From Glaucostegus cemiculus (lineage: Eukaryota), in contig CDPCPM010000026.1 in assembly GCA_976551045.1 (NCBI GenBank), forward strand, positions 14,880,001 to 14,944,000: a stretch of DNA of 64,000 nucleotides, written 5' to 3'. Below the pieces are notes generated by a model. It worked only from the letters and a program-made list of their open reading frames with translations. It did not search any database and was not told the origin of the DNA. The translations under genes were made by a program, and so were the position numbers. Of this stretch, positions 37,536 to 51,130 are shown piece after piece; the stretch's first letter is position 1; each line of letters begins with the position of its first letter.

Positions 37536-38245
37536 GCGTTCAAGGAGTAATTCTCCTTCTTAATTCTCAGAAAGGAACAAGCTTTGGAACATCTGTGCTT
37601 TGATCTGTGGCTCACTAGAATCTGTAACCATCTGTGTCTGCAGTCCATCAGTAGCTGTCAAAGACACGGTGACCATGCATCCGGCCCTGGAGAAAATTGC
37701 AACACCCCACAGCTTACTGCCCATTGTTTAGTAAGGAAGTTTATTTATTTATTTACTTTTTTTTAAATTTACAACATGGTAACAGGCCCTTTCGGCCCAA
37801 CGAGTCCACGCCGCCCATTTTAAACACCCCAAATTAACCTACTCATACGTCTTTTTTAGAATGTGGGAAGAAACCAGAGCACCCGGAGGAAACCCACGCA
37901 GACACGGGAGAACATACAAGCTCCTTACAGTCAGTGCCGGGAATCGAACCCCGATTGCTGGCGCTGTAACAGCGTTGTGCTAACTGCTACGCACTGAGTT
38001 AGCTACATTTCATTCTTCACTGCCAGTGAAGAGGGTACATGGTTTTGCCAGCATTTAAGGCACCGTAGATAGACCCACTGGTATTGAAAGGGATTTCATT
38101 TCCTCAGTATTTAACTGACTTGTGACCATCCCTTCCACCAGCTAAATGCTGAGCAAATGAGGAGAAGAGGAAGTAGAGTGGATAATGCCAGCTGCTCAGA
38201 AGAGAGAGTACAACAGCTTTGTGCTTCATAGAGCCTCTGTCACAA
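37536..38245 (+). pseudogene. PIF/Harbinger DDE transposase (HARBI1-like) relic, split by a SINE
   Basis: Colinear motifs AFKE*FSFLILRKEQALEHLCF, PSVAVKDTVTM, ASG..ENCNTPQLTAHC, [SINE], YISF, RVHGFASI, GTVD, KGFHFLSI*LTCDH, NSFVLHRASV. Confidence 0.7.
37741..37992 (-). mobile_element. HE1-type tRNA-derived V-SINE, near full length
   Basis: Minus strand: A-box-like gcgtagcagttagc, B-box ggttcgattcc, V-domain (gtgggtttcctccgggtgctctggtttcttcccaca), CR1-like tail gggccgaaagggcctgttaccatg and A/AAAT-rich end. Confidence 0.92.
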
Positions 38246-38929
38246 TCTGAAAATCCTCAGGACAGATCACTGGACTTCGGGAACAACCTGCAAGCTCTAG
38301 TACATGGCATGCACCACAGATACGATGGTAAGAGGCAAACATCTGTTGTCAGGAAGCTCTCCTCCTATCACAGAAGCTGAAGCTTACATTGGTGGCTGCC
38401 ACTTGTTCTGCAGTGATATCAGCCATTAGGAATAACATGATGCTAGAATCCATTGTGTACACAGTGGTTCATTACTTCCATACTGGAAAGCTCTGTGTCA
38501 GATTACTACCTCTTTATTTTAATTTAACCCAGTCTTCTGACAAAGCAAACATTTCACTGCACATTTCTATCTGCCCTGATCACAGGACACCATGCCCAGT
38601 ATCTCATTAAGTGCAGACACCACCTTTAAATCACATCAGTTTTTTCATCAGTTCAGCTTTTGTGGTATTCTTGTTGCATAGTGCCAAGTTGCAATTCTTA
38701 GGCTTCTGAAATAGAGAAGGGCACGTAAGTATGACTGTGGTCCAGGGAGGGGGTGGAATATGTGGCATATACTTACACTGTCCACAGTGAGTGTGGGTTG
38801 AGATGGAGGTGGGAGATGAGAAGGAGGATTAGTCAGGTGGACTTCAACACTGTTGATACTTTCAGCCCTGCCACAGCTGGCATCACAGTATTGGTCAACA
38901 CTCATCAGAACATCTAGGAATGTCTAACT

Positions 38930-40220
38930 CCATGTGCTTAATGTCCACTGCCTCCAACTGTGTTCCTCCTTGTATTGCAGGAGAGAGGGAAATGTGTCAG
39001 TGAATGTTTTGTGGCCTGTCTAGGTGAGGGAGGTGCTGTGGGTGTAGAGCCAGCAGTGGGTGGATGTTCGAGAATGTGGGTGTTATACATGCAGCAGTGG
39101 AAAGTGTGCAAGGGTGCAGGTGCAGATCACATCAGGGTGCTGATTGATAAAGTTGATCAGTCTTCAGTAGGATGTGCTAAATCAAGCAAAGTCTGCGGCA
39201 AGTAATGTGGTTTGACGTGGTATTTGAAGCTGCATTCTCAGACCATGACCACTTGTGAATTTCTGTGTAGCTCGGCACAGCTCAAATGCCATCTCTAAAT
39301 TCACCAAAGACACCACTGCAGAATATCAGATGGAGAAGGAGGAGGTGTACAGGAGTGAGGTAGATTGGCTGTATCGGTGTCGCAACAACAACCTCATACG
39401 CCGTGTCAGCAAAACCAAGGAATTGATAGTGGATTTCAGGAAGGGAAGTCAGGAGAACATGCACCAGTCCTCATTGAGGGGTCAGTGGTGGAAAGGCTGA
39501 GCAGCTTCAAGTTCTGGGTGACAACATCTCAGAGGATCTATCCTGGGCCCAACACATTGATCCAGTCATGAAGAAGGCACACCAGTGGCTCTACTGCATT
39601 AGGAGTTTGAGGAGATTTGGTGTGTCTTGCAAAGACTTTTGCAAATTTCTATAGATGTATGGTGAAGAGCATTCTGACTGGTTGCATCACTGCCTGGTTT
39701 GGAGGCTCCAATGTGCAGAATCAAAAGAGGCTGCAGAGGGTTGTAGGCTCAGCCAGCTCCATCCTGGGCACAACCCTCCCTGCCATTGAGAACATCTTCA
39801 AGAAGTGGTGCCTCAAGAAGGTCATTAAGGACCCTCACCACCTGGGATGTGCCCTCTTCGTGGAAGAAGTACAGGAGCCTGAAGACCCATACTCAATGTT
39901 TCAGGAACAGCTTCTTCCCCTCCCCAGTCAGATTTATGAGCACTCCATGAACACTACCTCATTATTTCCCTTTTGCAAGATTTATTTATTGTTGTAAGTT
40001 ATAGTAATTTTTATGTCATTATTTCTTGCACTGTACTGCTGCTGCAAAACAACAAATTTCACGATATATGTCAGTGATAGTAAACTTGAGTCTGATTCTG
40101 ATTCTTACAATGCTGCATCCATATTCTTGGAGAATCTCCTAGCATTGTGCACCACCTGCGCCCATTGCCTTGGAGTTCTGGAAGATCACTTGTTCCCCTC
40201 CATGTGAAGGACGTTAACTT
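38930..40220 (-). pseudogene. Harbinger Myb/SANT-like gene relic, convergent with the transposase and split by Rex1
   Basis: 40105-40200 on the minus strand gives RQWAQV..NAR / PRIWMQ; it resumes at ~39263 with ...agtggtcatggtctgagaatgcagcttcaaat. Confidence 0.5.
39264..40105 (+). mobile_element. Rex1/Babar LINE, 5'-truncated and frameshifted
   Basis: CVARHSSNAISKFTKDTT (FADDTT-like), VSKTKELIVDFRK, FYRCMVKSILTGCITAWFG; tail gtctgattctgattct. Confidence 0.92.
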
Positions 40221-40299
40221 CAGAATATCAAAGTGCTGGCTGGAATCTAAATATTATCGTGGCAAACAGGCAACCCAGCTAATCTGCAACTATTGGCTG

Positions 40300-41135
40300 T
40301 GCATCACTGTAAAAAAGAGGTCAATAGACGGAGGAAGGTGCTAGGCTGTAACACGTATCAATGAACTGGTTAACTGGGTGTAAACATGACAAATAGAATA
40401 CAATCCCATGAAATGTTAAGTGATGCATTTGAAGAGAGCAAACAAGGTGAGAAAATTCACAACAAATGATAAGGTGCCATGAAATGTAGAAGAATGTGCC
40501 ATATCTACAGATACCTGAAAGACCAGACAGGTAGATAAGGGGGTTAAGAAAGGTATGCAGGATAGATGCTTTCAGTGTCAGGGCATAAAATACAAGAGCA
40601 GGAGAGTCATGATAACCAGCATGAAATATTAGTTAGGACACCAACTTGACCAATACTGTGAAGCTCTAGTTGCATCACAGGGAGGATAGATGGGTACTAA
40701 AGAAGGTGCAAAGGAGATTTATAAAGATATTTTATAGCTGGAGATATGTGGTTATGAAAAGATACTGTCTAGGCTCGAGTTGCCTTCTTTGGGACAAAAA
40801 GACCGAAGAGAGCTTTAATTGTGGTATGTGAATTTACAGGAGGTCTAAGCAAGGTAAATGGAAAGAACCTACTTCCCCGCCAGATAGGTCTCTAACTAGG
40901 GGGCAAAGAGAAAATATTATTTCACTCACTCAATGGAACTCATGATCAGAAAGTGTGGTGGAGCAGATACCACATTTTAAAAAAATACCTGGATGTGAAC
41001 TTAAAGAGCCATAACTCAGAAATACAATGGATTTAGAGCTTGGAAATGGGATTAACCCAAAGTCCATTTTGGCCAGCATGGTCAAAATGGCCTCCTACTG
41101 ATCTGTACATTTCTCTGGGTTCTCTGATTCTATTA
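40300..41135 (+). mobile_element. CR1-type LINE 3' portion, old
   Basis: Decayed ORF2 (aatcccatgaaatgttaagtgatgcattt; caggtagataagggggttaagaaagg; gggcataaaatacaagagcagg) and tail aaatggcctcctactgatctgtacatttctctgggttctctgattcta. Confidence 0.8.
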
Positions 41136-42099
41136 GAGTCTGAAGTTAATTGTATCTGGTGGAAGTCAAGCCAAGCATCAGTGTGCGGGTATTGCTCAAT
41201 AGCATCCATTATAGTCACTTATTTTTAGTTTCATTAAAAACTCAACCCAGTATGTTGAATACAATTATTTATTCTATTGTTCAAATTGTCATTTATAATT
41301 ATTATTATATAATCTCATGGGTGCATATATAATAATCACTCTGTCTTTCTCAATTATTTGTCATCAAATCTGTATGCGTATAGAAACAGGACCATTACAT
41401 TGTCGAAGTCTTCCTCGTGTTAGTTATTCCTAGCAAAGATCTGCTTTCTCACTCTAGGCATCAAACTTTAAAGTGATTGCAGATTACAATGTACAAACTC
41501 GGGTGTGATTTGTGACATTGCCAACTACAAATTTTCAGCTTCTGTCTTGGTGACACCTTCTGTTTCTCTGTTATAACTCCACAGCTTTAGTTCACTGCAG
41601 CATATGACACACATAACACAGTGAGGTGACTGGGCTTTCAACACTTCTGCCAGGGTAGCTAAGAATCATTAAGAGTAGGGGTATATCAATCACTGGTCTT
41701 CCACTCATTACTACAGCATAACACTATTGTGAATGCAACAGTATTTTGATTATGACAATTCTGACAAAATTTCACTCCAATATATTGATATGGACTAAAT
41801 ATTAAAGGCACTGAACAACACTCCAGAAAATCCCCATCCCTGAGTCAACCCAAGTGGAATAAGTTCACTTTAGGTCGTAAAAGTAACCTTTGTGTCTATA
41901 TGTGCTACACAATGTTTTTTTGAAAGTTTAACCAATTATGCCACATTTCATTTTCAACCAGCCAATGGCCTAACTGTGGCAATACCAAGCTGAACTATGA
42001 TCAGACTCTCTGAGCTCCAAGTTGCAACAGACATCTGCTTTAAATAAAGAAATGTAACCAGCTAGTGTTTATTAACAACTGATTTGGTAAAGATCCACT

Positions 42100-42610
42100 G
42101 TAGCAGCTCGCGTGGATTCCTGCAAAACATATTCGACATTTTGTCTAGTACCTTCAATGGTAGTTACATTAAGAAGAGCTTTGTGTAAACCTATTACAAA
42201 AAAATGTTGGTAACGTACAAAAGTCTGTGCTAATCTGTAACATATAACTCTATTTTGTAACTATAGCTATTATGTAACAAGGAATGAAACTGCGACCTGC
42301 AGCCTGACATTGTCGATTGATTTCAGGGGCTTGTTGGCCTCACGTAACGTTGGGCTGCTGGTGTTGGCAGTGCATATCAATCCCACAAGCAATCAAGCAA
42401 GCGATTTGTGTAGCCCAAAGGGCTTTCTGCAGTTCCAAACAGAATTTGGCCTGACAGGGTTGGCAGGCCAATCAGAAAAATTATTTCATCCTCTGTGTAA
42501 TGTGTTGTTGCTGTCTACAAGGTATGCGAGATTGTAATCAATTATCTGATCACTTATAATATTGATTGATTCATTGGAAAGCGATTGTTACCTCTTTTGT
42601 AAATGCCCAC
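42100..42610. promoter_or_regulatory. Candidate conserved non-coding element
   Basis: No recognisable repeat, 11 CpGs in 500 bp, TGACAG at 42452, TGATTGAT at 42563-42570, CCAAT, TAAT sites. Confidence 0.35.
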
Positions 42611-43149
42611 CTCATACTGTCATTTGTTTTTGATTTGCTGATTTTGAGGTGGATTATTCGACTGTATCTGGTGTATTGTTGAGAGATTTCTACCACGCAA
42701 TGTAACATCAGTGATGTCATCTCTCAGATTACAGAAATGGGTGTGATGTAACTGACACAGTCTCATCAGATTGACTCCTCTATGACAATGAAAAGTACTA
42801 GAACTGAAAAGGGTAAGAATAAGCTGCAGTGAAGATAGGTTTCTAAAAAATACTAATTTACTGACCTCACACAGGTTATTCGTATTAAAAAGAAATTGGT
42901 TTCCCCAGAAGGAACTCCTGTGAGAAACCACTAGATATATTATTTTCAATAATAGAGACTTATTAAACAAGTGATCTGTCATTATGCCTGACAAATGAAT
43001 TAAGAACACACTTTTCTTTTGTGCTTAGACTCTATTCCAGGAGAATTACTTGTTTACAAATGATCACCTATTCTTACTTGTTGTCTTTAAAAAAATGCCA
43101 GAAATTGTAGAAGGCAGGGCCTACCTTTACCGGTCTAGCTTCACCCAGC

Positions 43150-43300
43150 TTATCCCGTGTCCTAACCACTATTATCATTTTGCTCCTCTGGCCTACCCCT
43201 CCATGTTCTTTGTCCCGTCACTTCTTCCCCTGGCCCTGCACTTACTTAAAAACTACTTGCCTCTTATATTTTACAATCCTGATGAAAAGTCATTGATCTG
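43150..43300 (+). mobile_element. Penelope-like 3' region fragment
   Basis: Pyrimidine-rich stretch ending cctgatgaaaagtcattgatctg. Confidence 0.5.
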
Positions 43301-43374
43301 CTTGGGAAGTTTAGAATTAACTGATCTTGAAACAATTGAAAATCTTAAAGAAAATTTCTCTCCAATATTTTGCT

Positions 43375-44575
43375 TCATATTCCTTCTGTGCCTTGCTTAT
43401 TTAAGTCCCTGGCTAAATGTCTCTTGAGCACAGTGATTGTATCTGACTCCACCACCTCCTCTGGCAGTAAGTTCCAGATATCAACCACTCTCTGTGTAAA
43501 GGTCTTACCTGCCAGATCCCCTTTAAAACTCCTTCCTCTCACCTTAAACTTATGTCCTTTTGTTTTTGATACCCCTACCACAGAAAAAAGATTTTGACTA
43601 CCACCCTATCTATAACAATCATAACTTGTACTCTTCTGTCAGGTCACCCCTTAGCCTCATTTGCTCCAGGGAAAACAAACCGTCATATGCAATCTCTTCC
43701 TATATATCCTCCAATCCAGGCAACATTCAGGTGAACCTCCTCTTCACTCTCCCCAGTACAACCATACTCTTCCTATAGTTTGGCAACCAGAACAGAACAC
43801 AATTCTCCAAGACCAGTCCAACTGTTTAAGTTGCAACACATAATGACCAAACTTTAATATTCTATGCCCCAACCTATGAAAGCAAGCATGTCATATGCCT
43901 TCTTCACCACCCTCTTTACCTATGTTGCCACTTTCAGGAGAACTGTGCACTTAAACCCCAGGTCCCTCCCTCTGATCTCTGACCTCCCTTACTGCCCTAC
44001 CATTTACTGTATACATTCTATCCCTATTTGACTTCTCAGGATGCATCATCTCACACTTGTAAGGATTAAATTCCACCTGCCAATGCTCCACCCAACTTTC
44101 CATCTGATCCATTATCCTGCTGTAGCCTTAGACAACCTTCCTCGTAATCTGCAACACCAATTTTCGTGTCATCTGCAAACTTACTAATCATACTCCTACA
44201 TTCAAATCCCAGACCATATATATCACACAAACGACAAGGGTCCCAGTACTGATTCCTGCAGTACACCACTGCACAGACTTGCAATCAGAGAAGCATGCTT
44301 CCACCACTCCCCTCTCCCTCTTCTCACCAAGCCATTTTGGAGAAAAATTAGCTTTAACCTTAACCAGTTTACCATGTGGAATCTTGTCAAATGCCTTACT
44401 GAAGTCCATATACTCCACATCTACCACCCTGCCTTCATCAATCTTCTTAAGTACATTCTCAAAAAAACTCAATCAAATTAGTGAGGCAGGATTTCCCTCG
44501 CACAAAACCATACTGACCACCCCTGATCAGCCCTTGCCTTTCCAAATATACATACAATCCTATCCCTTTGGATTT
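43375..44575 (-). mobile_element. CR1/HER1-type LINE, RT domain and C-terminus (frameshifted)
   Basis: FFENVLKKIDEGRVVDVEYMDFSKAFDKIPHG, GVLQESVLGP, ISKFADDTKIG, TKGHKFKVRGRSFKGD..FTQRVVDIWNLLPEEVVE. Confidence 0.93.
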
Positions 44576-44747
44576 TCTGTCTAAGCATAGCTTACAATTT
44601 ACCTGATTTTTTTTTCCTTAATTCTGAGGGCAACCAGCAATGACAACCTGAGTTGTACTCCACTGGTACAGTATCCATTAGAAAATCTTGAGGAGCCAAC
44701 TGCATCTGCTGCTCCAAGTCTCAGGAAGCACTCAGTCACAGCAGCTG

Positions 44748-44900
44748 CTTCCTAGGCAGTCCTTTGGGATCAAGGTTGAGTTATAGATCTAGCTCTGGGA
44801 TAGTGGATGGGAAGCCATAATCCAGGCCCATCATGTTGGGAGGAAGGGGAATGAGGGGGAGCTTCATACTGAGAGTAGGAAGATGAGTCATTTGGATACT
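44748..44900 (-). mobile_element. RTE-type 3' end fragment
   Basis: cttcctaggcagtcctttgggatcaaggttgagtt is antisense to the RTE-type terminus; compare the end of the RTE at ~58680-58715. Confidence 0.5.
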
Positions 44901-47900
44901 ATCACTTTTGTTGTTAAAAAAATAGGGAAGTTTTATTTAGAATACACTGTGTAGCTTCATTCCAATTGATTACTTTTTTGTTTGGGAGAGATATCCCTCA
45001 TTTGTTCTGGTCTTACTCAGTCGAGTGATACATAGGAGCCAAGTCCTACTGGGCCAAAGACATCTGCTGTAAGGAGAGAACAAGAAGCTATGGCTGAGGT
45101 ACTGTTCTTGTAGTTGATTAACCAATGAAAATGTCCTTCAGAATCTGATTCAGTCTACAGCTGATTTGCAATGCATATTCAGAGAGTATAGCCCCTTCCT
45201 ATTGACATGCATATGTGGTTGCCAACATGTGGGCAACCTAAAGGAGACGTCCTGCTGAAGAGGTGCCTGCCTTAAGACCTGTGATGTCTGACTCAGAGTT
45301 TTTGTGGAGGAATTGAGGTGCTTTATAAAAGCGAATATCCACTAATTGCACTTTGCATGCTCTGACAATTCTTGGCTAATGATGCCATATAGCCACTGGA
45401 AAGATAGGGAATTATAAAAAGTACAGAGTCCTGTCACTCTACTCCTTGCAGACAAACCAGAGATAACAGTGAAGCCAATAAGCAGATTTTCATGATACAG
45501 CTGCCAGTAGTGCCCGTTGATATCACAGGAGATCTTCAGTCATGACAGTAGCTATTATACTTATTGGGGAGGACGGTACCTGGCCGACTGCTGTCCTTTG
45601 CCATACTGCCCGTGTCTTCTCATCCAGACATACAAATCCTTTAACTTTCCCTTCATTATGATAGCAGAGAGTGGTATGCTTATGGGGAAAGCCATCTCTT
45701 CCCTGATGTCAATCTGACAAAAGGCCCGATGGAGAGAAAAGTTAGGTCTTGCACAAAAGAAATCAGAAAAGAGGAAATTTTACTTTGTAATGAATACTAT
45801 AATAACAAAATGTGCAGACAATTGTGATAAAATTTGGTAAAGAATGGTATTTAAAATAGGTTTCTTGGAACTCAGCAATTAGTAAGTGAAACTATTGAAC
45901 TCTCATTAACTCTCCTATGTAAGTGCAAGAAGTTGATGGACACTTTTTTAAGATACAAGTTTAATTCAACTTCAGGAGCAGTGTAAATCCAGGAATTCCT
46001 GTGCAATTGAATATTGCAGCCATAAAAGAAGCCCTGATAGACTCCAAAGGGCATACTATCTGAAATGCTAAATAGGCCTCAGAAACTTGGGTTTAACACA
46101 ATGACAGTGTAGGTACACCATATTGCGTTACAATGATGGTGTAGGTACATCTTCCCTTTTATGAGCAGGAGTTTATTCTGTAGCCTGCAGGATCTTACCC
46201 AGGTCCTGTGAATCTAGGTGCAGAATTTCAACCATACTATAATATCATAATGTAGCCTTAACCATAAGCCACTATTGATAAGAAAGAATTTTCTAGCAGT
46301 AGTCAGTGGATAAAAATCAGAAACATGAACCTTGGACAATTTTCTTTCACCTTCAAAGCAGAGTGAAACTGATGAACTAACGCATTACAGGCAAGGGAAT
46401 TGAACATTAGAATCTTCCTCATCTATATAGGTCAGCATCAACCAAGCTAATGATATTGAGTCATTGGCACAGCAAGCTGCTATATTTCAATAACCGTTAG
46501 CTTTGTACTAGTTAGAGTGAAAATCATTATATATCACCTTTTTCTCCCCTCAGTAAAATGTATCTGGCCTCCAAATCAATGCATTTTCAATGCTTTTATA
46601 TTCCAGTCGAATGAGTGGCAGTATGTGGGATTGTGGAAGGTGGTGCAATGGACTGGAAAACAACATTGGTCAATTGGAAGTACTTCCACAGAGACACAGT
46701 TTGTGAAATATAGTGACAATTTAACTTATTTTTATTTTAAGCCTTTATTTGAACTATTTTCTCTGGTATCCAATACATGGAAGAGGCAAAATTCCCTGCT
46801 CCCAACTTCTCTAGAAACCTCTGGCTGTCTGCAGCCATGACCAGCACACATCCTCAAATTCCAGATGTGGAGGAATCAGCATTGCAACACAGGTATCCTG
46901 TTCCCTTATGGGCACTTTGACAACTCCACTGGTGTCCATAATACGGAAGTAATACAAAAAGAAGTTTATTGACACAAAGTTTGCACTTTCCAAAAAAGTG
47001 GAATCAGTCCAATTTAATCATTCCTAGCTGCTGCACAAAATATACCTGGACAACTTTGATCAGCTGAGGAAATGTTACTCCAAGAGATATACAGCAATAA
47101 ATGGAAGTTCTTACTGATATTATTAGCTCACTTCTAACAGGATGGGAAAGTTTTCTTAGTATCTCAATGTGACTTATACCAGCTCAAGTAGTCTTAGAAA
47201 GGTGTAAGATTTGGGATCTTAGGGTTTGCCCAGAAGACATCGTGACGCACACAGTCAAAGGTAGGTGATGAAGGAGAGTAAATAAGAAGAAATTAATTGT
47301 GTGGATAGGCTGCCTGTTATGGAAATGGCTTTCATTTCCAGTTTCTGTAATGGATGATTGATCCCTGACAGCAAGTTTACATGTAGGTAACATATTGAAA
47401 ACCTACTCTAAATGTCACAAGAATGAACAGTAAAAAGCTGAGTCCAAAATGTATTTGAAAATTTTTGCTCGCTGTTCCATGTAAAGAAGTATTTATTCTT
47501 GCACCTAACTGATATAAATTGAGACCCAGTGTTGAATATATGAACTGGAGAATAAACAGTGGGAATCTGTTTACCCTGACCCCGAGATATCAAGTTAGTT
47601 ATCTTTATATTGGCGGCCCATTTTTCACACCAGCTGAAGTAAGTAGAAAGCAAAATCAAACAGGATGGACTGACTTAAACCTGCCTCACTTCTTCTCTGC
47701 AGGTGAGGTTAAAGTAAGGGCTAAAGAATTAGATCATAAAACCTGTAAATAACTGGCATTGCAACCAATCGAATGATGATTATAAATAAAGTGATTCAAA
47801 TGAAAGGGCCACGTTAAAAAAAATACTTGTAACTGTTCTGCTAAAGAAGAAAGTAAAACAGGTTGGCTGGTGAATTTTTGGCTTTCCCATTCTGAGCTGA

Positions 47901-48569
47901 GCTGTCACAGATTGGTTAGTTTGTATCATGACCAAGGTGACAAGGTGAACAAAAGTTTGTTAAGTTTCACTAACCTCAGTATCACACCTCCCAATTGAAA
48001 TTTTCCCTAAAGTTTGTTGTAGCATCAGAGGAGACCTGAAGTTCACATACAATCAAGAGAGAAAGGAATAATTTACAACTCCAAGCGACTGGTTTCAATG
48101 AGGCAAAACATTGTAATAGGTTCAGTGGTGCTTGGATGAAGAAACTTTTGTTGCAACATCAGCCCATCCACTCTAATGCCAGCATTTTAACTCAGAAAGA
48201 TAGATTCTGAAGATTTATTTGGAGTGCCAGCCTCCTACTCAAGCCACTGCATCAAATAGATTTACTTTGACCGTGATGTCCAGGCTGTGCTCAGCTGTCT
48301 ATCTGTGATACTTTATAAAGGCAGAAAGCATACTACAAACACAACTTGTGAGCACAGTCACTTTCATTTGAAATCCAGTAGGTTCTGATAACAGAACTTA
48401 TTCTCAATAGTTCACTATTACAGTGTTTTGAGTAGATTTTTGATGTGATGCCCAGGCATAAAATTGGTGATGTCAATCAGCCATTTGTTACAGAAACTGG
48501 AAATGAAAACCAGACATTTTCCAAGCCAGTTCTGTTAATAAAATGTTGCATAATAGGCGTATCATCAAG

Positions 48570-49580
48570 CTTTGAGCCTACAGAATAAATGGGGCTGCAG
48601 AAGCATGGACAGGAAATTGGCTATCAGGCAACAGAAAATGGTTATCATGATCTGTTGTTTCTTGGACTGGAAGGAAGTGTACAGTGGTGTTTCCCCAGGG
48701 ATCAGTACCAAGTTTATTTTTCTTAATAATTTATTTTCCTTAACACATATTACTGACTTGGACTTCAGTGTACAGGGCACAATTTTCAAAGCTGCAGATG
48801 AAACAGAACCAGCAAACTGTGAGGAGGATAGTAATAGACTTCAAGGGGATAGAGTCAGGCAGGTTGAATGTGAGGATAGGTGGTAGATGAAATTTGTTGT
48901 TGAAAATGGGTGTTATACTTCATTAAGATGGACAAGGAGAGACACTATAAATGAGAGGGCACAATCCTAAATTATTGAAACTAGCAAAGCAGATTGAGAA
49001 AGCAGTTTATTTGATCCTGGACCTTGTAACTAAAGCCTGGAGTGCTATGGTTAGGAAGCAATGATGATCCTTCATAAAACACTGATTCAGTCATAACTGG
49101 AGTATTATGGCTAGTTCTGGTATCAAACTACAGGAAAGATTTGAAGGCCTTAGAGATTATGCAGAAGGGATTTAGCAAAAATATTCCATGGAATAGAAAC
49201 TTCAGTTACATGGATGGAATGGAGAAGCTGGATAGGAACCTTTAAAATCATGAAGGACCTAGCCAAAGTAGATGGAAAGAAATTGTTCCCATCAATGTTC
49301 CCATCAAGAGGCAGAGGGCTCAGAATGAAGGTAATTGAAAAAGAACCAAAGGTGATATAAGAATACCATCTTTTCATGTGATGAGTGCCTGAAGTGCAGT
49401 CAGTGGTGATTCATGGAAGAAGGTTCAATCGTGGCATTCAAAGGGAACCAGATGTGCTTGACAGGACATAAATTGCAGGGCCAGCTGGAAAGGATGGGAG
49501 AGTGAGACACATTGTTCATGCATAGAGTGGGCAAGGACTCTGTGAACACCTTCCTTGCTGTAACTTTTCTGTGCTGTGAT
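48570..49580 (+). mobile_element. CR1-type LINE, RT to 3' end, decayed
   Basis: FLDWKEVYSGVSPG, VQGTIFKAADET, EEDSNRLQGD; tail ccttccttgctgtaacttttctgtgctgtgat. Confidence 0.85.
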
Positions 49581-49784
49581 CAAAAGGACTGAATGTCTTG
49601 TGAATGATAGTGAATTCAAACTCTATTTCATTTTTCAAAGTTCATATATCCACACTGGCTACATTCTCACACCATGAACATTTCTGATTTCTTGATATGA
49701 GGGAGCATCATCACATTTGGGAATCATAGCTCATAGGAAGGCACTGCATGTTCAGTATTACCTTTACACATGTGGCCACAGAGC

Positions 49785-49915
49785 TATAGTCACGTAGTCG
49801 TTCAAGACAGAAATGGACCTTTCAGCATTTGGTCCATGCCAACTATCATGAGTCATCCATACTACTCCCATTTACCAGCACTTGTCCATTGCCTTTAATG
49901 CCTTGGTGATTTATG
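49785..49915 (-). mobile_element. CR1/HER1-type 3' tail
   Basis: acagaaatggacctttcagc...gtccatgccaactatc...actactcccatttaccagcacttgtccattgcctt. Confidence 0.65.
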
Positions 49916-50474
49916 CCATGCAGCCTACATCAACCACACAACCCACATTAACACATAGCTCTTTGAAAAATTCAATAATATTAGTCAGACAAAGCCACAT
50001 TGACCATCTTTTCTCAGCTTGACAGATCTAGGGTATCACACTGCCAGTTCTTCAGTCATTACACCACCAAGAAGGGGACAGTTTAATCAAGCATGATGCT
50101 AACAACTTCAGAACAAGCAGCAACCAGTTTGATGCAGCCCTCGCCTTCTCCATGTCTGTATATGTGGTGTGCAGTACAAGAAAAGGATGTGACTTGACCT
50201 GTTCCATCTCACACATTCAAAAGAGGCAAAATAAACCTGCTAAAGCACTGAAATGATTAGGCTACTGAGGATTTCAGAAGTCCAGGAATCAGTTGTTTTC
50301 CAGGCACAGCACTAAGAGTGAGAAGAGGGACAGAAGGAAAGAAATTGCATGAATAAAGTATGATTTCCCAAAATGCTGTACAACCACTGTAGTGCAGCCA
50401 GGTAAATACTGTGATGTGGTACAACCAATAAGATTCAAATGCAAAATACTGTCAACGATGGAAAACCACAACAA

Positions 50475-50550
50475 TTCAGAAAGTCTGGAAATACTCGGCA
50501 GGTCGGGTAATGTATGTAGAGGAAGATACAGAGTTAAATACTTCAGATTC
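50475..50550 (-). mobile_element. Penelope-like terminal fragment, old
   Basis: ctggaaatactcggcaggtcgggtaatgtatgtagaggaagatacagagttaa. Confidence 0.45.
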
Positions 50551-51130
50551 TGGGGCTGAGGACTTATTGCATACTCTTTTATTAGAACATAAGAAATAGG
50601 ATCAGGAGTAAGCCAATGAATTACAGCCAATGGATTGCTTCACTGCTAATTAAATCACACTTTATTGCAAAAAAAAGTTATGGTTGTCTCTAAAAATGTA
50701 CGGTAAGCCAACTCTATGATTTCAGAATTCTTTCTCTATCACCTTTGGTTCAATTCACAAACAGAAATGTCACTGCTGTTATTGCTGCAACACTACAACT
50801 GATATTGCAAATTATATTATTTCACACTGACTCTAATATTCGAGTTTTGTTTTAGCTGCAAAATAACTGGACTTTAATTTTGCAATAACTCAATTCAAGT
50901 ACAATTGAGTCACCTGACATTTAACCTTATTTTAAACAGGTATAGATTCATGGTAAAAGTTTGGCTAAAAGCTGACTCTGGGTTTGAATAATGAAGTTGA
51001 ATTGGCAGATGTTCAATTATGCTTCCCTTCATAGCAGGGAAGTGAAAAAACATCTAATTACCTATGAAGTTAATGCCCCAGACTTGGTTATAAGCCTAAA
51101 CCCCTCCAAGCATATAATGTTTGCAGTGTG

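Noticed and set aside
37925-37992. tRNA gene
   Set aside because: The A/B boxes belong to the tRNA-derived head of the SINE; no full cloverleaf
44990-45720. GC-richer stretch that may be another DNA-transposon relic
   Set aside because: No motif I could translate or recognise with confidence
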